DNA from: Methanoregula sp.
Lineage (GTDB): Archaea; Halobacteriota; Methanomicrobia; Methanomicrobiales; Methanospirillaceae
Length of the DNA: 64,000 bases
Reading direction: 5' to 3'
Assembly: GCA_039698055.1 (NCBI GenBank)
Contig: JBDKTL010000043.1
Span: 31,606-95,605 of the forward strand
Shown: piece by piece, positions 10,909-21,207 of the stretch
Position numbering within the stretch: position 1 is the first letter of the stretch
Layout of the letters: each line of letters opens with the position of its first letter
The notes under the pieces: model-generated
What the model was told of the DNA's origin: nothing
Seen by the model: the letters and a program-made list of their open reading frames with translations, nothing else
The model's database searches: none
Program-made: the position numbers and the translations under genes

Positions 10909-11936
10909 ACCAGTATCGTTTTCCCGGGTGGTTCATCATCCCGGGATGTTTCCTGATATTTTTGGCGCTCACCGGATCCGTCCATGCTACACCTTCGGTT
11001 GACCTTACCCTCACACCTTCGCATATTCCGCCGTTCTCAACGAACCAGCCTCCCGTCTATGCCTTTGGAGAACCCGTTGTCGTGAAGGTCAGTCTTACCA
11101 ATCAGGGATCTGATCCTATCACCGTTATGGGCTCTCCTCCCAGGATGGGAATCAATCACCGGAACCAGACCGATTTCCTGATCTTCCAGCGATCCACCGG
11201 TACTGCTGCAATCGGGCCGGGACGCACCCTTGTATTCGATTTTACCTGGGACCAGAAAGATGCACAGGGATTGCAGGTTGATTCCGGGCTCTATACCGTA
11301 GGAGTATATTATTTACTTTCGAAAAATACTGCCGGGGACTGGGACATCTCCCACGCGGACCCGTATACCCGGACCGTCGATATTATTGTCCTGCCAAAAG
11401 CCGGTGCATTGACAACAGATATTCCGGTCAACCAGTCACAGGTTATGGATAATGTATCCGTAATCCTCGAATCAATCCATGTCACCAATACTACAGGACA
11501 GGTAAATTTCACGGTTCAGGTGCCGGAAGATATCCAGTACCGGACTCATCCTGCCGGATGGAAAATGTGTTACCTGGATTTCATATCCATTGAAGCGCAG
11601 TATTCCATCGATCACGATTCCCCCCGGGAATTTTATTACCGCGGCCAGAATTGCGATCCTCCCCACACGTTCCGGTCGATGTATGAGATGGACCCGATCC
11701 CGGCAGATGCTCATGAGATGGAGATCAATCTCACCGCATCCGGTTCTCACCGGGGATCGTGGATCTTTCACGTGAACCTGACACCAACTTCACCTGTGCC
11801 GGGCAACGCTGCAGGCTCATCACGTCCAACGTCGCCATCACAACCAACACCACTCTCATCCTTTCTCGTGACCATTTCTCTATGCTGCAGTGCGGCGGGA
11901 TATGCTCTCATCAGGATGAAACGGGAGCGATCGTGA
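10905..11936 (+). CDS. Secreted/surface protein with BsuPI/FlgD-like Ig domain and C-terminal membrane anchor
   Basis: Signal peptide, WDQKDAQGLQVDSGLYTV motif, Pro/Ser/Thr linker, PLS + hydrophobic helix + basic tail. Confidence 0.7.
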   Translation: MNQYRFPGWFIIPGCFLIFLALTGSVHATPSVDLTLTPSHIPPFSTNQPPVYAFGEPVVVKVSLTNQGSDPITVMGSPPRMGINHRNQTDFLIFQRSTGTAAIGPGRTLVFDFTWDQKDAQGLQVDSGLYTVGVYYLLSKNTAGDWDISHADPYTRTVDIIVLPKAGALTTDIPVNQSQVMDNVSVILESIHVTNTTGQVNFTVQVPEDIQYRTHPAGWKMCYLDFISIEAQYSIDHDSPREFYYRGQNCDPPHTFRSMYEMDPIPADAHEMEINLTASGSHRGSWIFHVNLTPTSPVPGNAAGSSRPTSPSQPTPLSSFLVTISLCCSAAGYALIRMKRERS

Positions 11937-12757
11937 TGAACAATCCCAGGAATGAGAATAATCTTACATGGATCGTGGCTGGTATAGGCATTATTATTTT
12001 GATCATTCTCTCATACGCCACGATGGTTATGTGGGATCTGGCTCACCCTGTTCCAAAAAATCCTGATAGCGCGATCAACCTGACCCCACCCGATTTTTCT
12101 GCACGGGAGATTCAGCCGGATCAATCTCCCTGGATTCGTATCGATCCTATCGGGGATGCGTATCGTGGCGATGCGATTACAATCTCCGGTACAACCAGCG
12201 ATCCTGGGGGCAACATGATTCGGGTCGTGATTGCTGCACCGGGTACTGCCCGGCAGCGTACCTGGGCTGGAAACACGGTTGCTGCTACACCGGAACCCGG
12301 CGGTCGGAACCGGTGGTCGTTTGTCTTCGATTCGACTTCGTTTAACACGTCAGGAAACGTGGTTACGGCCTGTATCGAAAACACATCGGCGGACATGTGT
12401 GCGTCACGACAATTCAACCTTAATGAACCGTTACACCTCGCGGTTACACCCGCAGGTTGCTGGCAAAGGATAGACCCCGTCACTGATCATGGATCTGGCG
12501 AGGTGTTTACCATAAACGGGACAACCAACTGCAGACCGGGTGACAGGATCACCGTAGAAATTGTCTCTGTCTCTTCAGGGAAATCCACCCGGGACTACAG
12601 CAATGGTGATGTAGAGGTCAGGCAACTTTCCACGAGTACGTATGGCTGGTCGGTTACTATCGATTCCTCAGCATTTGGTCCGGGGCTAAAAACGGTAACT
12701 GCCTGCGGAGTTGGGATTTGCGGATTCCAGACATTCAGTATTACCGATCGCTCGTGA
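11936..12757 (+). CDS. Membrane-anchored surface protein with two IDP-x-G-x-I-x-GTT repeat domains
   Basis: N-terminal TM; repeats IDPIGDAYRGDAITISGTT and IDPVTDHGSGEVFTINGTT. Start re-set to MNNPRNE. Confidence 0.72.
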   Translation: MNNPRNENNLTWIVAGIGIIILIILSYATMVMWDLAHPVPKNPDSAINLTPPDFSAREIQPDQSPWIRIDPIGDAYRGDAITISGTTSDPGGNMIRVVIAAPGTARQRTWAGNTVAATPEPGGRNRWSFVFDSTSFNTSGNVVTACIENTSADMCASRQFNLNEPLHLAVTPAGCWQRIDPVTDHGSGEVFTINGTTNCRPGDRITVEIVSVSSGKSTRDYSNGDVEVRQLSTSTYGWSVTIDSSAFGPGLKTVTACGVGICGFQTFSITDRS

Positions 12758-12942
12758 TGATGAATCATGATCCAAGCGGATGTTGCCAAATTCCAAAAAC
12801 GTTATCAGGAGAGGAATTATGAACATCATTGGTGCAGGTGTAATCACACCGGTGGTGTTCCTGATGCCAATCGGATGCACGCGAATACTTGCCTGCGGGT
12901 CAATGGAGAAATGGGAAATGAACGAAGAGACTCGGTGAAATC

Positions 12943-13944
12943 GTGGAATATATTACGCACACAAGAAGTATCCGCCTGTTCGCGCTTGCCGTAATCATCG
13001 GAATCGCGTGTCTTGGTTCAATAACGTGGATAAAACAGGTTGTCAACCACGAGTTTTTCTGGTGCGGGATTCACGGGATATTTGTCGAGTTTGGTTTTTT
13101 TATCGCGTATGTGCTGGCAATAATCCTGGCAGGTTTCATCGCGTCGCTGATATTCCGGAAATATACCAAATCCCGTAAGGATCTTCTGGTGATAAGTGCC
13201 TGCTCGGGCTGCGTGACAGGAATCTTCTATCTCCTTGGCATGTTGTTCCTGAGCGTCGTCTATGAATACCAGCTTGGGCATTATATCGCCAGTACAACTG
13301 TTGTGGATATCATTCCCCTGACATTTATGCATTTTTTCTGGAGCGGGCCCTTTATGCTCCTGATACTTCTTGCAATCGTGGGTTTGGGAATCACAGGGTC
13401 TCTGGTTTTTTCATACTGCGATCGCACTCCGGAAGATAGCCTGGCAGGTACGAAAACCCCGGGAAAAAAACCAGTGCGCGTCAGAATTGTGATTGTTGTG
13501 TTTATCGCAGCGATCCTGATGAGTATTATCCTTCCCCTTGGCGGGGGTATCGTGGCTGTCAGATCAGGAACGATTCCGTACTCGTTCTGTGCCCCCCCAA
13601 ATCCCGTTTCCATGAAGGTAACAAGATCAGACAATTCGACGATCACCCTGCAACTCTCCCTGGATTATGGTGGCCATACAAGGGACCGCTCGATTCCCAT
13701 TATATCCCAACCGTTGCAGATCATGGTTGATGACCGGGATTTCCAAAACCAGTCCATTATCCGCCAGCAGGGACTGCCCGATACTATCAATCCACCTGAA
13801 GGGATCACACAGTACACCGACGGGTTGTCTGTGACCATCAGCGGACCGGATCTTGTCCGGAATGAATCCCTCGGACGCCATGTCTATGTCATCAGTTATT
13901 ATGATCAGGATAATCCGTGGGTTGTTGTCGATACGGAGGTGTGA
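12943..13944 (+). CDS. Hypothetical multi-pass membrane protein with C-terminal soluble domain
   Basis: 333-aa ORF with several hydrophobic helices; co-oriented with the cluster. Confidence 0.7.
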   Translation: MEYITHTRSIRLFALAVIIGIACLGSITWIKQVVNHEFFWCGIHGIFVEFGFFIAYVLAIILAGFIASLIFRKYTKSRKDLLVISACSGCVTGIFYLLGMLFLSVVYEYQLGHYIASTTVVDIIPLTFMHFFWSGPFMLLILLAIVGLGITGSLVFSYCDRTPEDSLAGTKTPGKKPVRVRIVIVVFIAAILMSIILPLGGGIVAVRSGTIPYSFCAPPNPVSMKVTRSDNSTITLQLSLDYGGHTRDRSIPIISQPLQIMVDDRDFQNQSIIRQQGLPDTINPPEGITQYTDGLSVTISGPDLVRNESLGRHVYVISYYDQDNPWVVVDTEV

Positions 13945-14037
13945 ATTTTCCTCTTTTAAGGGCGTATCTCCCGTCAGCAGTACGGGCGCACCCCGGAGTG
14001 TCACCATTATCGCAGCAACCCACCAACAGAGGAGTGA

Positions 14038-14451
14038 GTGATAATGACGAGAAAAGACGCATCCAACCTGCTTGGCATATACCTTGTGGTATTTCTCACG
14101 CTCTTGGCAGCCTCGTCCCTTTTTGTATTCACGATCAACTGGGAGGACTGGTTCTTCGGGATAAAACTTGACGGGTGGCCGGCAGGGATTTATTTGTTTT
14201 CAAAAGCAGCAGTTGCAGCACTGCTGATATTTTTCCTGGTGAAAAATGAGAGAAACCGGATCCTGTGGAGCGCCCTGTCCATATTTTTCCTTGCGTTTGT
14301 GTTCATTTTGCCGGTTTTTTCCCGCCAGCGGAACCTGAGAACCGGGCTTGGCTGGACGATATTCTGGATAGAACTTGCGCTCATGATAGTAATACCAGTA
14401 ATCCTGCTGGTCGGTTCCCTGGTGATGAACCGGATGCACCAAAAGGAGTGA
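14038..14451 (+). CDS. Hypothetical 4-TM membrane protein
   Basis: Four hydrophobic segments; GGAG RBS upstream. Confidence 0.7.
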   Translation: MIMTRKDASNLLGIYLVVFLTLLAASSLFVFTINWEDWFFGIKLDGWPAGIYLFSKAAVAALLIFFLVKNERNRILWSALSIFFLAFVFILPVFSRQRNLRTGLGWTIFWIELALMIVIPVILLVGSLVMNRMHQKE

Positions 14452-14466
14452 ACAACCCTGAAAAAA

Positions 14467-15116
14467 ATGACGCCATCAATAATTTTCCTCGCATTGCTGC
14501 TGGGAGGTATCCTGCTGGTACCACCGGCGGGTGCAGGAATACAAGAGGCAAAACGGGTTTCCCGGAAAATGACACCGAAGGGTATCTCCCGGTCGATGTC
14601 CTGTCGATTGATCCTGTAATTAAGAATGCAACACCCGATTACCAGTTTTTGATTTTGAGCCCCGAAGGAAAAGAAAATCGGCTGCACGATCTGGATGCGG
14701 CGTTTGATTTCCTCTATCCCGGCGATCCGCAGAAAGATGCCCGGAAAGCCGGGCTGAAGCAGGATATGCAGGATATATGGGATAAATACCCGGTCGTTTT
14801 TGAGACAACACCGGGAGGACCGGGGTATCCCACCTATGGGGGGTCCATCGTCACGGCAAGGTTTGCACCTGCACTTCAGAATATCCGGTTGACCGGCGAC
14901 GAAAATGAAGTTATCAGGAAAAGTTCGGCTATCATGAACGAAGCATATCTCCAAAAACAACCGCCTGGTTCCCCGTACGCCTCCACGAGCTCTCCGGATT
15001 CGCCGGGGATTTCCCCAACCCGTCAACCCGTACCGCTCAGTCCCCTGCTTGCGTGCGCCGCGTTTGGCTGTGCGGGATGTATCGGGGTAATGAGAAAAAA
15101 AATGTGGGAGAAATAA
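14467..15116 (+). pseudogene. Frameshifted secreted protein with C-terminal PLS anchor (pseudogene or sequencing indel)
   Basis: Signal peptide MTPSIIFLALLLGGILLVPPAGAG (ATG 14467) is out of frame with the body (TGFPENDTEGY...PVPLSPLL). One extra A in the AAAA run at 14550-14553 would join them. Confidence 0.65.
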
Positions 15117-15125
15117 TCGCGCCGG

Positions 15126-15854
15126 TCAGGCCCCGACAAGATTTTTAAGGAATTCCTGCCCTTCCGGCGTCGTAAACAGCAGGGGATCCCGGTTGGTGGT
15201 GACGATGCTCCTGTTCACCACCACCGTTTTTTTTGTCTTTGGGTTATAGCCTTCTTTCTCAATTTCCGTTTTGCAGACCAGCACGCCACGGCGCTGCCAT
15301 GCCGGCGTTCTTGCAAGGTTGACACCCCGCGAATGCATCATCTCGTGGAGCTCTTTTGCCGGCATGCCTTTGAGCCTGGCTGCGGCGGCAGTCGCGCTCA
15401 TCCCTTCAGAGATCAGCGCCTGCTGGCAGTAGGCGTTGATATGGTTGCGCCATGCCTCATCCTGCCGGCTGATCATGTACTCAACCGCCGATGCCGGCGT
15501 TGCCTGCACAATCCGGGCATCAAACGACAGCGGTTCGCGGATGCCCAGTGCAAGAGTCAGGGCACTTGCAGCGAACGATGCCGCCACCGAATCGATCTTC
15601 TCCACCCGCCCCGAGAACGGGAGTTGCGCCAGGTACAGGCTGATCTCATCGGAGAACGTGTACGCAAACACCGGTGAAAGCCCGCTCTCCCCCACGAGCG
15701 CCCGGCAGACAGAGACCATCGCATCGTTGAACCGGTCATCAAAGGGCTTTTCAAACGCAAGGACTTTGGTCAGCCGGTGAAATGCCCGGCCATCCAGCCG
15801 GACAAAAACCGGGGGGATCGTGGTTATATTTGAAAAAATTTCCCGGTTTTCCAT
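15126..15854 (-). CDS. thg1: tRNA(His) guanylyltransferase, Thg1-like protein (3'-5' polymerase)
   Basis: VRLDGRAFH, KPFD, YTFSDEISL, FSGRVEKIDS, FDAR, RQDEAWRNHIN, PAWQRRG. Confidence 0.93.
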   Translation of the reverse strand: MENREIFSNITTIPPVFVRLDGRAFHRLTKVLAFEKPFDDRFNDAMVSVCRALVGESGLSPVFAYTFSDEISLYLAQLPFSGRVEKIDSVAASFAASALTLALGIREPLSFDARIVQATPASAVEYMISRQDEAWRNHINAYCQQALISEGMSATAAAARLKGMPAKELHEMMHSRGVNLARTPAWQRRGVLVCKTEIEKEGYNPKTKKTVVVNRSIVTTNRDPLLFTTPEGQEFLKNLVGA

Positions 15855-15923
15855 ATCAGGATCCTTGAACGGGAGAAAAGAAAAACCGCGTGGGCTCCCG
15901 CACCACGCTTATACTGTATTGAT

Positions 15924-16193
15924 TTACTGATCTTCGAATGAGCCGCCCTGGGCAAATGCACCCGGGAGATGACGGATAAGAACGATATCGTCGATAGCGC
16001 TGATGATCCGGTAGGGGATCTTCAATCCCTTGTAGTTCTTGAGCTCGAAAAGCTGGTCGTTGACCTTGCCGACAACAACTGAATCAATCTTCTTAGCTTC
16101 TACGTCTATGACTACATCTTCGACTTCACCGATGAACATTCCCTTGTCCGTGTAAATCTGCAGCCCGAATAAATCTGTAATCTGGGTTTCCAT
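15924..16193 (-). CDS. PRC-barrel domain protein
   Basis: IYTDKGMFIGEVEDVVID...IPYRIISAIDDIVLI. Confidence 0.88.
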   Translation of the reverse strand: METQITDLFGLQIYTDKGMFIGEVEDVVIDVEAKKIDSVVVGKVNDQLFELKNYKGLKIPYRIISAIDDIVLIRHLPGAFAQGGSFEDQ

Positions 16194-16245
16194 CGTTATC
16201 AGATGAAAGTATATACCATATGGGTTAAAAAGATAACCTTACTTT

Positions 16246-17379
16246 ATGGACGGGTCATTTCGGATCGGACGGATATTTGGCATTCCCATCTTTATTCATT
16301 ATACATTCCTGCTCGTAATCCCGCTGTTCGCCTGGATTATCGGCAGCCAGATCGCGCTGACAACGGATATGCTCAAAGATCTCTTCGCGATACCGATCGA
16401 CACGAGCGGCATCACGTCGGGATACATGCCCTGGGTGCTGGGAACCGTCGTTGCATTCGGGCTTTTTTTCGGCGTGCTTGTCCACGAGCTCGCCCATTCT
16501 CTTGTCGCCCGGACAAAGGGCCTTAAGATGCAGAGCATCACGCTCCTGATGTTTGGCGGCGTCGCCCAGATGGACGAGGGCGTCCCTGACCCGAAAGTCG
16601 AACTGCCCATGGCACTCGCCGGGCCGATCATGAGCCTGATCTTCGGCGTCATCTGCTGCGGGCTTGTCTATGTTGTCCCGCAGATGACCGCCGACCCGGC
16701 AACTGCCGGCATCCTGATCTTTGTCTTTGGCTATCTTGGCGTGCTCAACATCATCCTGTTTGCCTTCAACCTGCTGCCGGCGTTCCCCATGGACGGCGGC
16801 AGGGTGCTGAGGGCGATCCTTGCAAAACGGATGCCACTGCACCGGGCAACCCGTATCGCGGCAAATGTCGGCAGGGGATTTGCGATCATTTTTGGTCTTG
16901 TCGGCCTGTTCTTCTTCTCGCCGTTCTTAATCCTGATCGCGCTCTTCATCTACATCGGTGCGAGCATGGAATCAACGGCGGTCCAGTATAATTTCCTCCT
17001 GCAGGATATCACGGTGGGGAGCATGATGAGTTCCCCGGTAATCACCGTCCCCTCAAACCTCCCGCTCGCAAAGATCGTCGAGTTAATGTATTCGAGCAAG
17101 CATCTCGGGTTCCCGGTGATCGAGCGGGATTCGCTGGTTGGCATGGTCACGCTCGTAGACGTTAACCGGACGTCACCCATAGACCGGGACGCGATGCAGG
17201 TAAAAGATATCATGAGCCGTGACCCGATCACCCTTCCCCCCACGGCGCCGCTGGTGGACGCGCTGCGGATAATGTCGGTAAGAAATATCGGCAGGATACC
17301 GGTTGTCCAGGACGACAGGATTGTCGGTATCGTGACCCGCACCGATATCCTGAAAGTGACCGAATTAAAAAAGATCTGA
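16246..17379 (+). CDS. Site-2 protease (M50) with tandem CBS domains
   Basis: HELAH zinc motif, NLLPAFPMDGGR, two C-terminal CBS domains. Confidence 0.93.
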   Translation: MDGSFRIGRIFGIPIFIHYTFLLVIPLFAWIIGSQIALTTDMLKDLFAIPIDTSGITSGYMPWVLGTVVAFGLFFGVLVHELAHSLVARTKGLKMQSITLLMFGGVAQMDEGVPDPKVELPMALAGPIMSLIFGVICCGLVYVVPQMTADPATAGILIFVFGYLGVLNIILFAFNLLPAFPMDGGRVLRAILAKRMPLHRATRIAANVGRGFAIIFGLVGLFFFSPFLILIALFIYIGASMESTAVQYNFLLQDITVGSMMSSPVITVPSNLPLAKIVELMYSSKHLGFPVIERDSLVGMVTLVDVNRTSPIDRDAMQVKDIMSRDPITLPPTAPLVDALRIMSVRNIGRIPVVQDDRIVGIVTRTDILKVTELKKI

Positions 17380-17385
17380 TCTTTT

Positions 17386-19044
17386 TTACCGGTTCATCTC
17401 ACGAAAATCCATCACCGGATCGATTGCCGATTTCCCCGCCACGTTCCGGTATGCCGCGATATCCTTAAACGGCCGTTTTGCGATCACCGCCGCCACTTTT
17501 TTCTTCCCGATGCCCGGAAGCCACCGGAGTGCGGATGCCGGGAGCGTGTTGATTGCCACCGGCACCGGCAATGCGGTGATGGATCGCATGCCCCAGTCCA
17601 CCACCACGGCGTCGATCACCGTGTGGATCGGGAGATTCAAGGGTATGCCGACAAGGATCGGGTATGAACCCGGCTGCCGGCCAAAGGAGAGTTCACCGGA
17701 GACCTCGACCCGCACATCGCAAAGCACCGTCCCCACCGGGAACACCCGCTGGAGCATCGGGAAGTCGATCTTCTGCCGGACAAATTCCTTGAACTCTTTG
17801 AACCGCCGGTCATGCTTCCCGAGCGTGTTGTTCGTGTACGCGGGGGTTCCCTCAAACGGCATCACCTGCCGGATATTCACGCGCCGGACAAGGAGCCCTG
17901 CGTCGAGCACTTTTTTGAGGAACAGCTCATTTTTCCCGTACGTGGCGTCCGTCTCGCCTGCCAGACCGCAGACAAAATTCAGGCCCGGCAGCAGTTCGGG
18001 AATCCCGTCCTTTCGTATCCCGCCCAGTTCGTTGACGATTTCAATTGCCCGGAACACCTCGTCTGCCTGCGCTTTGAGATTGTTCGCCACCACAACGGCA
18101 GGATCGGCGGTCTCCATGCCAAACGCGGCAACGTCGCCGGGCGTGTGGTGCCGTATGATCGCCGCGAGCGCTTCACGGCTTTTTTCTTCGTGGTGTGCAA
18201 TCGTTGCCGGGTTCGTGTTGTCGATGTGGAGCGTCTTTAGATCCGGCGCGGCGGATCGGATTTGGGAAAAAAGTTGTTCCAGCAAATCCGGGCGGGGTGC
18301 CGGGAACTCGCCTGCTCCGGCGCCATATGCAAGGATGTCCGGCTGCCGGCCGACCCGGAAGTGCCGGGCGCCATGACCATACAGTGCTGCAACTTCCGCA
18401 ACGATACCCCCGATACTCCGGTATTTCGGCAGGCCATAGAACGGTTCCGTGCAGAACGAGCAGCCACCGGTTGCCCCGTGCGAACAGCCCCGTGCGGTCT
18501 CCAGTTCGCACATCACGTACGGGTAATCGGGGTGCTGCGTAATGATCCCGCTGCCCCGGATACTCCACGGATCGGTGCGGGCGTAGTCGAGCACCCCCAC
18601 CGGTTCGTTCCCCGTGAGATATTCATCGAGCGCGATGGCCGGCTCTCCCACAAGGAGTGCATCAAACCCGGAGATCTCCTGCCGCCGGGCTTTTGTCCCG
18701 CCCTCATGCGCATACCCGAAACCGATGGGCCCGCCGACCAGTTTTTTTGGCCCCCGTATCATGTGGCCGGTCTGCTGGATCTCGGTGAGCGTGGCAGGAG
18801 TCCCCCCGAGATATTTGCCCGGCACCGTAACCCCCGCAATCATGACGAGCAGGTCAGCCCGGGACATCTCGTTGATCCATTTTGTATCGGTGCGGAGCTG
18901 GTCGATGGTGAGATAACGGGCGGTAAACCCGTGGGCGGCAAGCGCTCCTGCCACCGTCCGTATGTAGGGCGAAACGTAGGGCGGGACGCCGAGACACGCG
19001 GGTTCGTCCACGTACCCGTCAAGGATGAAAGCGTCAGCAGGCAT
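17386..19044 (-). CDS. Archaeal radical SAM protein with C-terminal helix-hairpin-helix
   Basis: ETARGCSHGATGGCSFC variant cluster motif; LPGIGKKK HhH motif. Confidence 0.85.
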   Translation of the reverse strand: MPADAFILDGYVDEPACLGVPPYVSPYIRTVAGALAAHGFTARYLTIDQLRTDTKWINEMSRADLLVMIAGVTVPGKYLGGTPATLTEIQQTGHMIRGPKKLVGGPIGFGYAHEGGTKARRQEISGFDALLVGEPAIALDEYLTGNEPVGVLDYARTDPWSIRGSGIITQHPDYPYVMCELETARGCSHGATGGCSFCTEPFYGLPKYRSIGGIVAEVAALYGHGARHFRVGRQPDILAYGAGAGEFPAPRPDLLEQLFSQIRSAAPDLKTLHIDNTNPATIAHHEEKSREALAAIIRHHTPGDVAAFGMETADPAVVVANNLKAQADEVFRAIEIVNELGGIRKDGIPELLPGLNFVCGLAGETDATYGKNELFLKKVLDAGLLVRRVNIRQVMPFEGTPAYTNNTLGKHDRRFKEFKEFVRQKIDFPMLQRVFPVGTVLCDVRVEVSGELSFGRQPGSYPILVGIPLNLPIHTVIDAVVVDWGMRSITALPVPVAINTLPASALRWLPGIGKKKVAAVIAKRPFKDIAAYRNVAGKSAIDPVMDFREMNR

Positions 19045-19654
19045 AGCCGATCAGCGCGAGAAGTTTTCGCGCCCAGAACAGTTTTCCCCGTTTGAGCGGG
19101 TCCACGTTTTTGTCATCGAGATCAAAGCCGGCAAACTTGACCATCCGGGCGCCCAGCGCATCGGCGGCAAAGACGGCCCGGTCACCATCCGTGAACCCGC
19201 CAAAATTGTGGACGTGCGGGAGCGGGGTGCCCTGGGTTGTCGCAACCACCGGGCCTTTGAATCTCGGGACCCAGTGCCGGAGGAGCGGCATATTGTCGCC
19301 ATGCGCATGGACGACCACGATAGTTCCTGCATCGTTCATGTCGAGAAGCTGGTCGGTGGCGCCATCCAGATCGGTAAAGACCGCGTCCGGGCGGATGCCG
19401 TTTTCCGCGAGCACATCGGCAGCCGCATCGGCAGCAAAGACCACTCCGCTGACCCGGCCCAGCTCTTTTTTCAGGCAGGGAGCGTTGCCGCAGACCGTAA
19501 CATCGCTGCCCCGGGTGAGGGATTCCAGCAAGGAAAGGTCGTCGCGGGTGACCAGCGTGGCGAGCAGCCGTGCTGCGGTTTCGTCATCTTCCCGCGAGAA
19601 CCCGAAATACTCAAGGATCTCGCGGTAGTGCGGCTCCCACCATTCAAAGTTCAT
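19034..19654 (-). CDS. mptE: 6-hydroxymethyl-7,8-dihydropterin pyrophosphokinase (MptE/DUF115 family)
   Basis: AADAA, VFTDLDG, VHAHGDN, NFGGFTDGDRA. Start re-set to MNFEWW. Confidence 0.85.
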   Translation of the reverse strand: MNFEWWEPHYREILEYFGFSREDDETAARLLATLVTRDDLSLLESLTRGSDVTVCGNAPCLKKELGRVSGVVFAADAAADVLAENGIRPDAVFTDLDGATDQLLDMNDAGTIVVVHAHGDNMPLLRHWVPRFKGPVVATTQGTPLPHVHNFGGFTDGDRAVFAADALGARMVKFAGFDLDDKNVDPLKRGKLFWARKLLALIGYAC

Positions 19655-21113
19655 TCTTCTTGTCCTCGTTTTCGAGGCCGACGAGGTTCTTGAACTTCTG
19701 GAGGATCGGCTCGATGATGATGCCAAGGAGCTCGTCCTTGTTGGTCACGTTCCCGAAATAGTGGAGCGGGAGCGTAGCTGCTGCCATGTTCGGGTGACCG
19801 CCCGCATCGCCCATGTCGCCGAATGCCTCGGCGAGTGCGTTGCCGATATGGAGCCGGATATCCCGGTTGCGGGCCGATATCACGATGGACGTGTCGGTGA
19901 TGCCATACACCAGTGCCGTGTTCACCCCTTCAAGGGTGATGAGAAGGTCAGCAGCCTGCGGGAGGGCATCGCGGTTCATGACAAAACCGACGTTCGAGAA
20001 CAGGTACCCGCTCTGGATCTTCCGGTACTGGATCGCTTTTCCCATCACGTCAAGGGTTTCCTGCGACATGGACGGCGACATGATCTTGTCGAGCAGATCG
20101 GAGTCCGTGAGCGGCAGGAGAAATCCCGCGTACGCGAGATCCTGCGGGGTGACGTTGCGCTTGAACTCTTTTGTATCTGTCCTGATACCGTAGAGGAGTG
20201 CAGTTGCCACCCGCTTGTCCACCGGGATGTCGAGCTCCTGCAGGTACTGGGTGAGGATGCTTGCCGTCGCCCCGGCACCGGGCCGGATATCCACAAAACT
20301 GCTCTGCGTGGAGAGGTGTTGTGCGTCCTTGTGGTGATCGATGATGATGTTGAACCGGGTCTGCGGCGGCACGTCGTTATTTGCGCCGGGCGCCGGGCAG
20401 TCGACAAGAGCAAGGTAGGTGCAGCTCTGGAGCGCTTCAATCGTCAGGTGCTCCATCTTGATATCGAGCAGGTTGACAAAAGTCCGGTTTTCCTGGTGGC
20501 CGATATTGCCTTCATAAAAAATCCGGGTGGTGAGGGTTTTTGCGTTGGCGTGCCGGGCGATCTCGGCAAGCGCCATCGCACTGGCAATCGCGTCCGGGTC
20601 CGGGTTCTTGTGCGTGACGATGCCAAGCGTGCCGTCCCAGCCTGCAAGGAGCGTAAAGAGCCGTTGCGAGATCCGGTTTGCGTGCTGTTTTTTTACCTGG
20701 TGGATGGCCGCCCGGGCGACCACTTCCTGTGGGTAGATAACAAAATCCGCTCCGGATAACGTGAGTTTTTCTGCACTCACCGGGTCGATGGCCCGGGCGA
20801 TAACCTGCACGAGAGGGTACCGTTTTTTTATTGTCAGGACCGCCGCAAGGTTTGCACCAGCATCACCGGTCATCACAAATGCAATCTCGAACGGGGGCAG
20901 GCCAACGAGCATATCCGGTGTTGTAATATCCCGCACGTAGGCATCGGATTTCTGGTCCCTGAGGTGCCGGACCCGGGTTTCATCTTTATCGACAACAATC
21001 ACCCGCTCGTGTTCCTTGTCGAGCTCGAGAATGATGTTGTACCCGTTCGTGCCGCAGCCAAAAATGCAGTATTTTATCGGTTCTGCTGATTCAAATACGC
21101 CGGTTTCAGGCAT
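19644..21113 (-). CDS. TrkA-N (RCK) domain fused to DHH-family phosphoesterase
   Basis: GCGTNG Rossmann-type motif; HKNPDPDA, IIDHH, GIRTDT, AGGHPNMAAA. Start approximate. Confidence 0.88.
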   Translation of the reverse strand: MPETGVFESAEPIKYCIFGCGTNGYNIILELDKEHERVIVVDKDETRVRHLRDQKSDAYVRDITTPDMLVGLPPFEIAFVMTGDAGANLAAVLTIKKRYPLVQVIARAIDPVSAEKLTLSGADFVIYPQEVVARAAIHQVKKQHANRISQRLFTLLAGWDGTLGIVTHKNPDPDAIASAMALAEIARHANAKTLTTRIFYEGNIGHQENRTFVNLLDIKMEHLTIEALQSCTYLALVDCPAPGANNDVPPQTRFNIIIDHHKDAQHLSTQSSFVDIRPGAGATASILTQYLQELDIPVDKRVATALLYGIRTDTKEFKRNVTPQDLAYAGFLLPLTDSDLLDKIMSPSMSQETLDVMGKAIQYRKIQSGYLFSNVGFVMNRDALPQAADLLITLEGVNTALVYGITDTSIVISARNRDIRLHIGNALAEAFGDMGDAGGHPNMAAATLPLHYFGNVTNKDELLGIIIEPILQKFKNLVGLENEDKKNEL

Positions 21114-21207
21114 GTTACCAAAGATGTACGGCGCTGTGCATATTAAGTGATTCTCCATGATGGTTTTTCCAAAACCTTTATTCAGCATCATCGACCACAT
21201 TAGTAGG

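Noticed and set aside
12819-12938. 39-aa ORF with a good RBS (MNIIGAGVITPVVFLMPIGC...)
   Set aside because: Possibly a truncated lipoprotein remnant, but too short to support.
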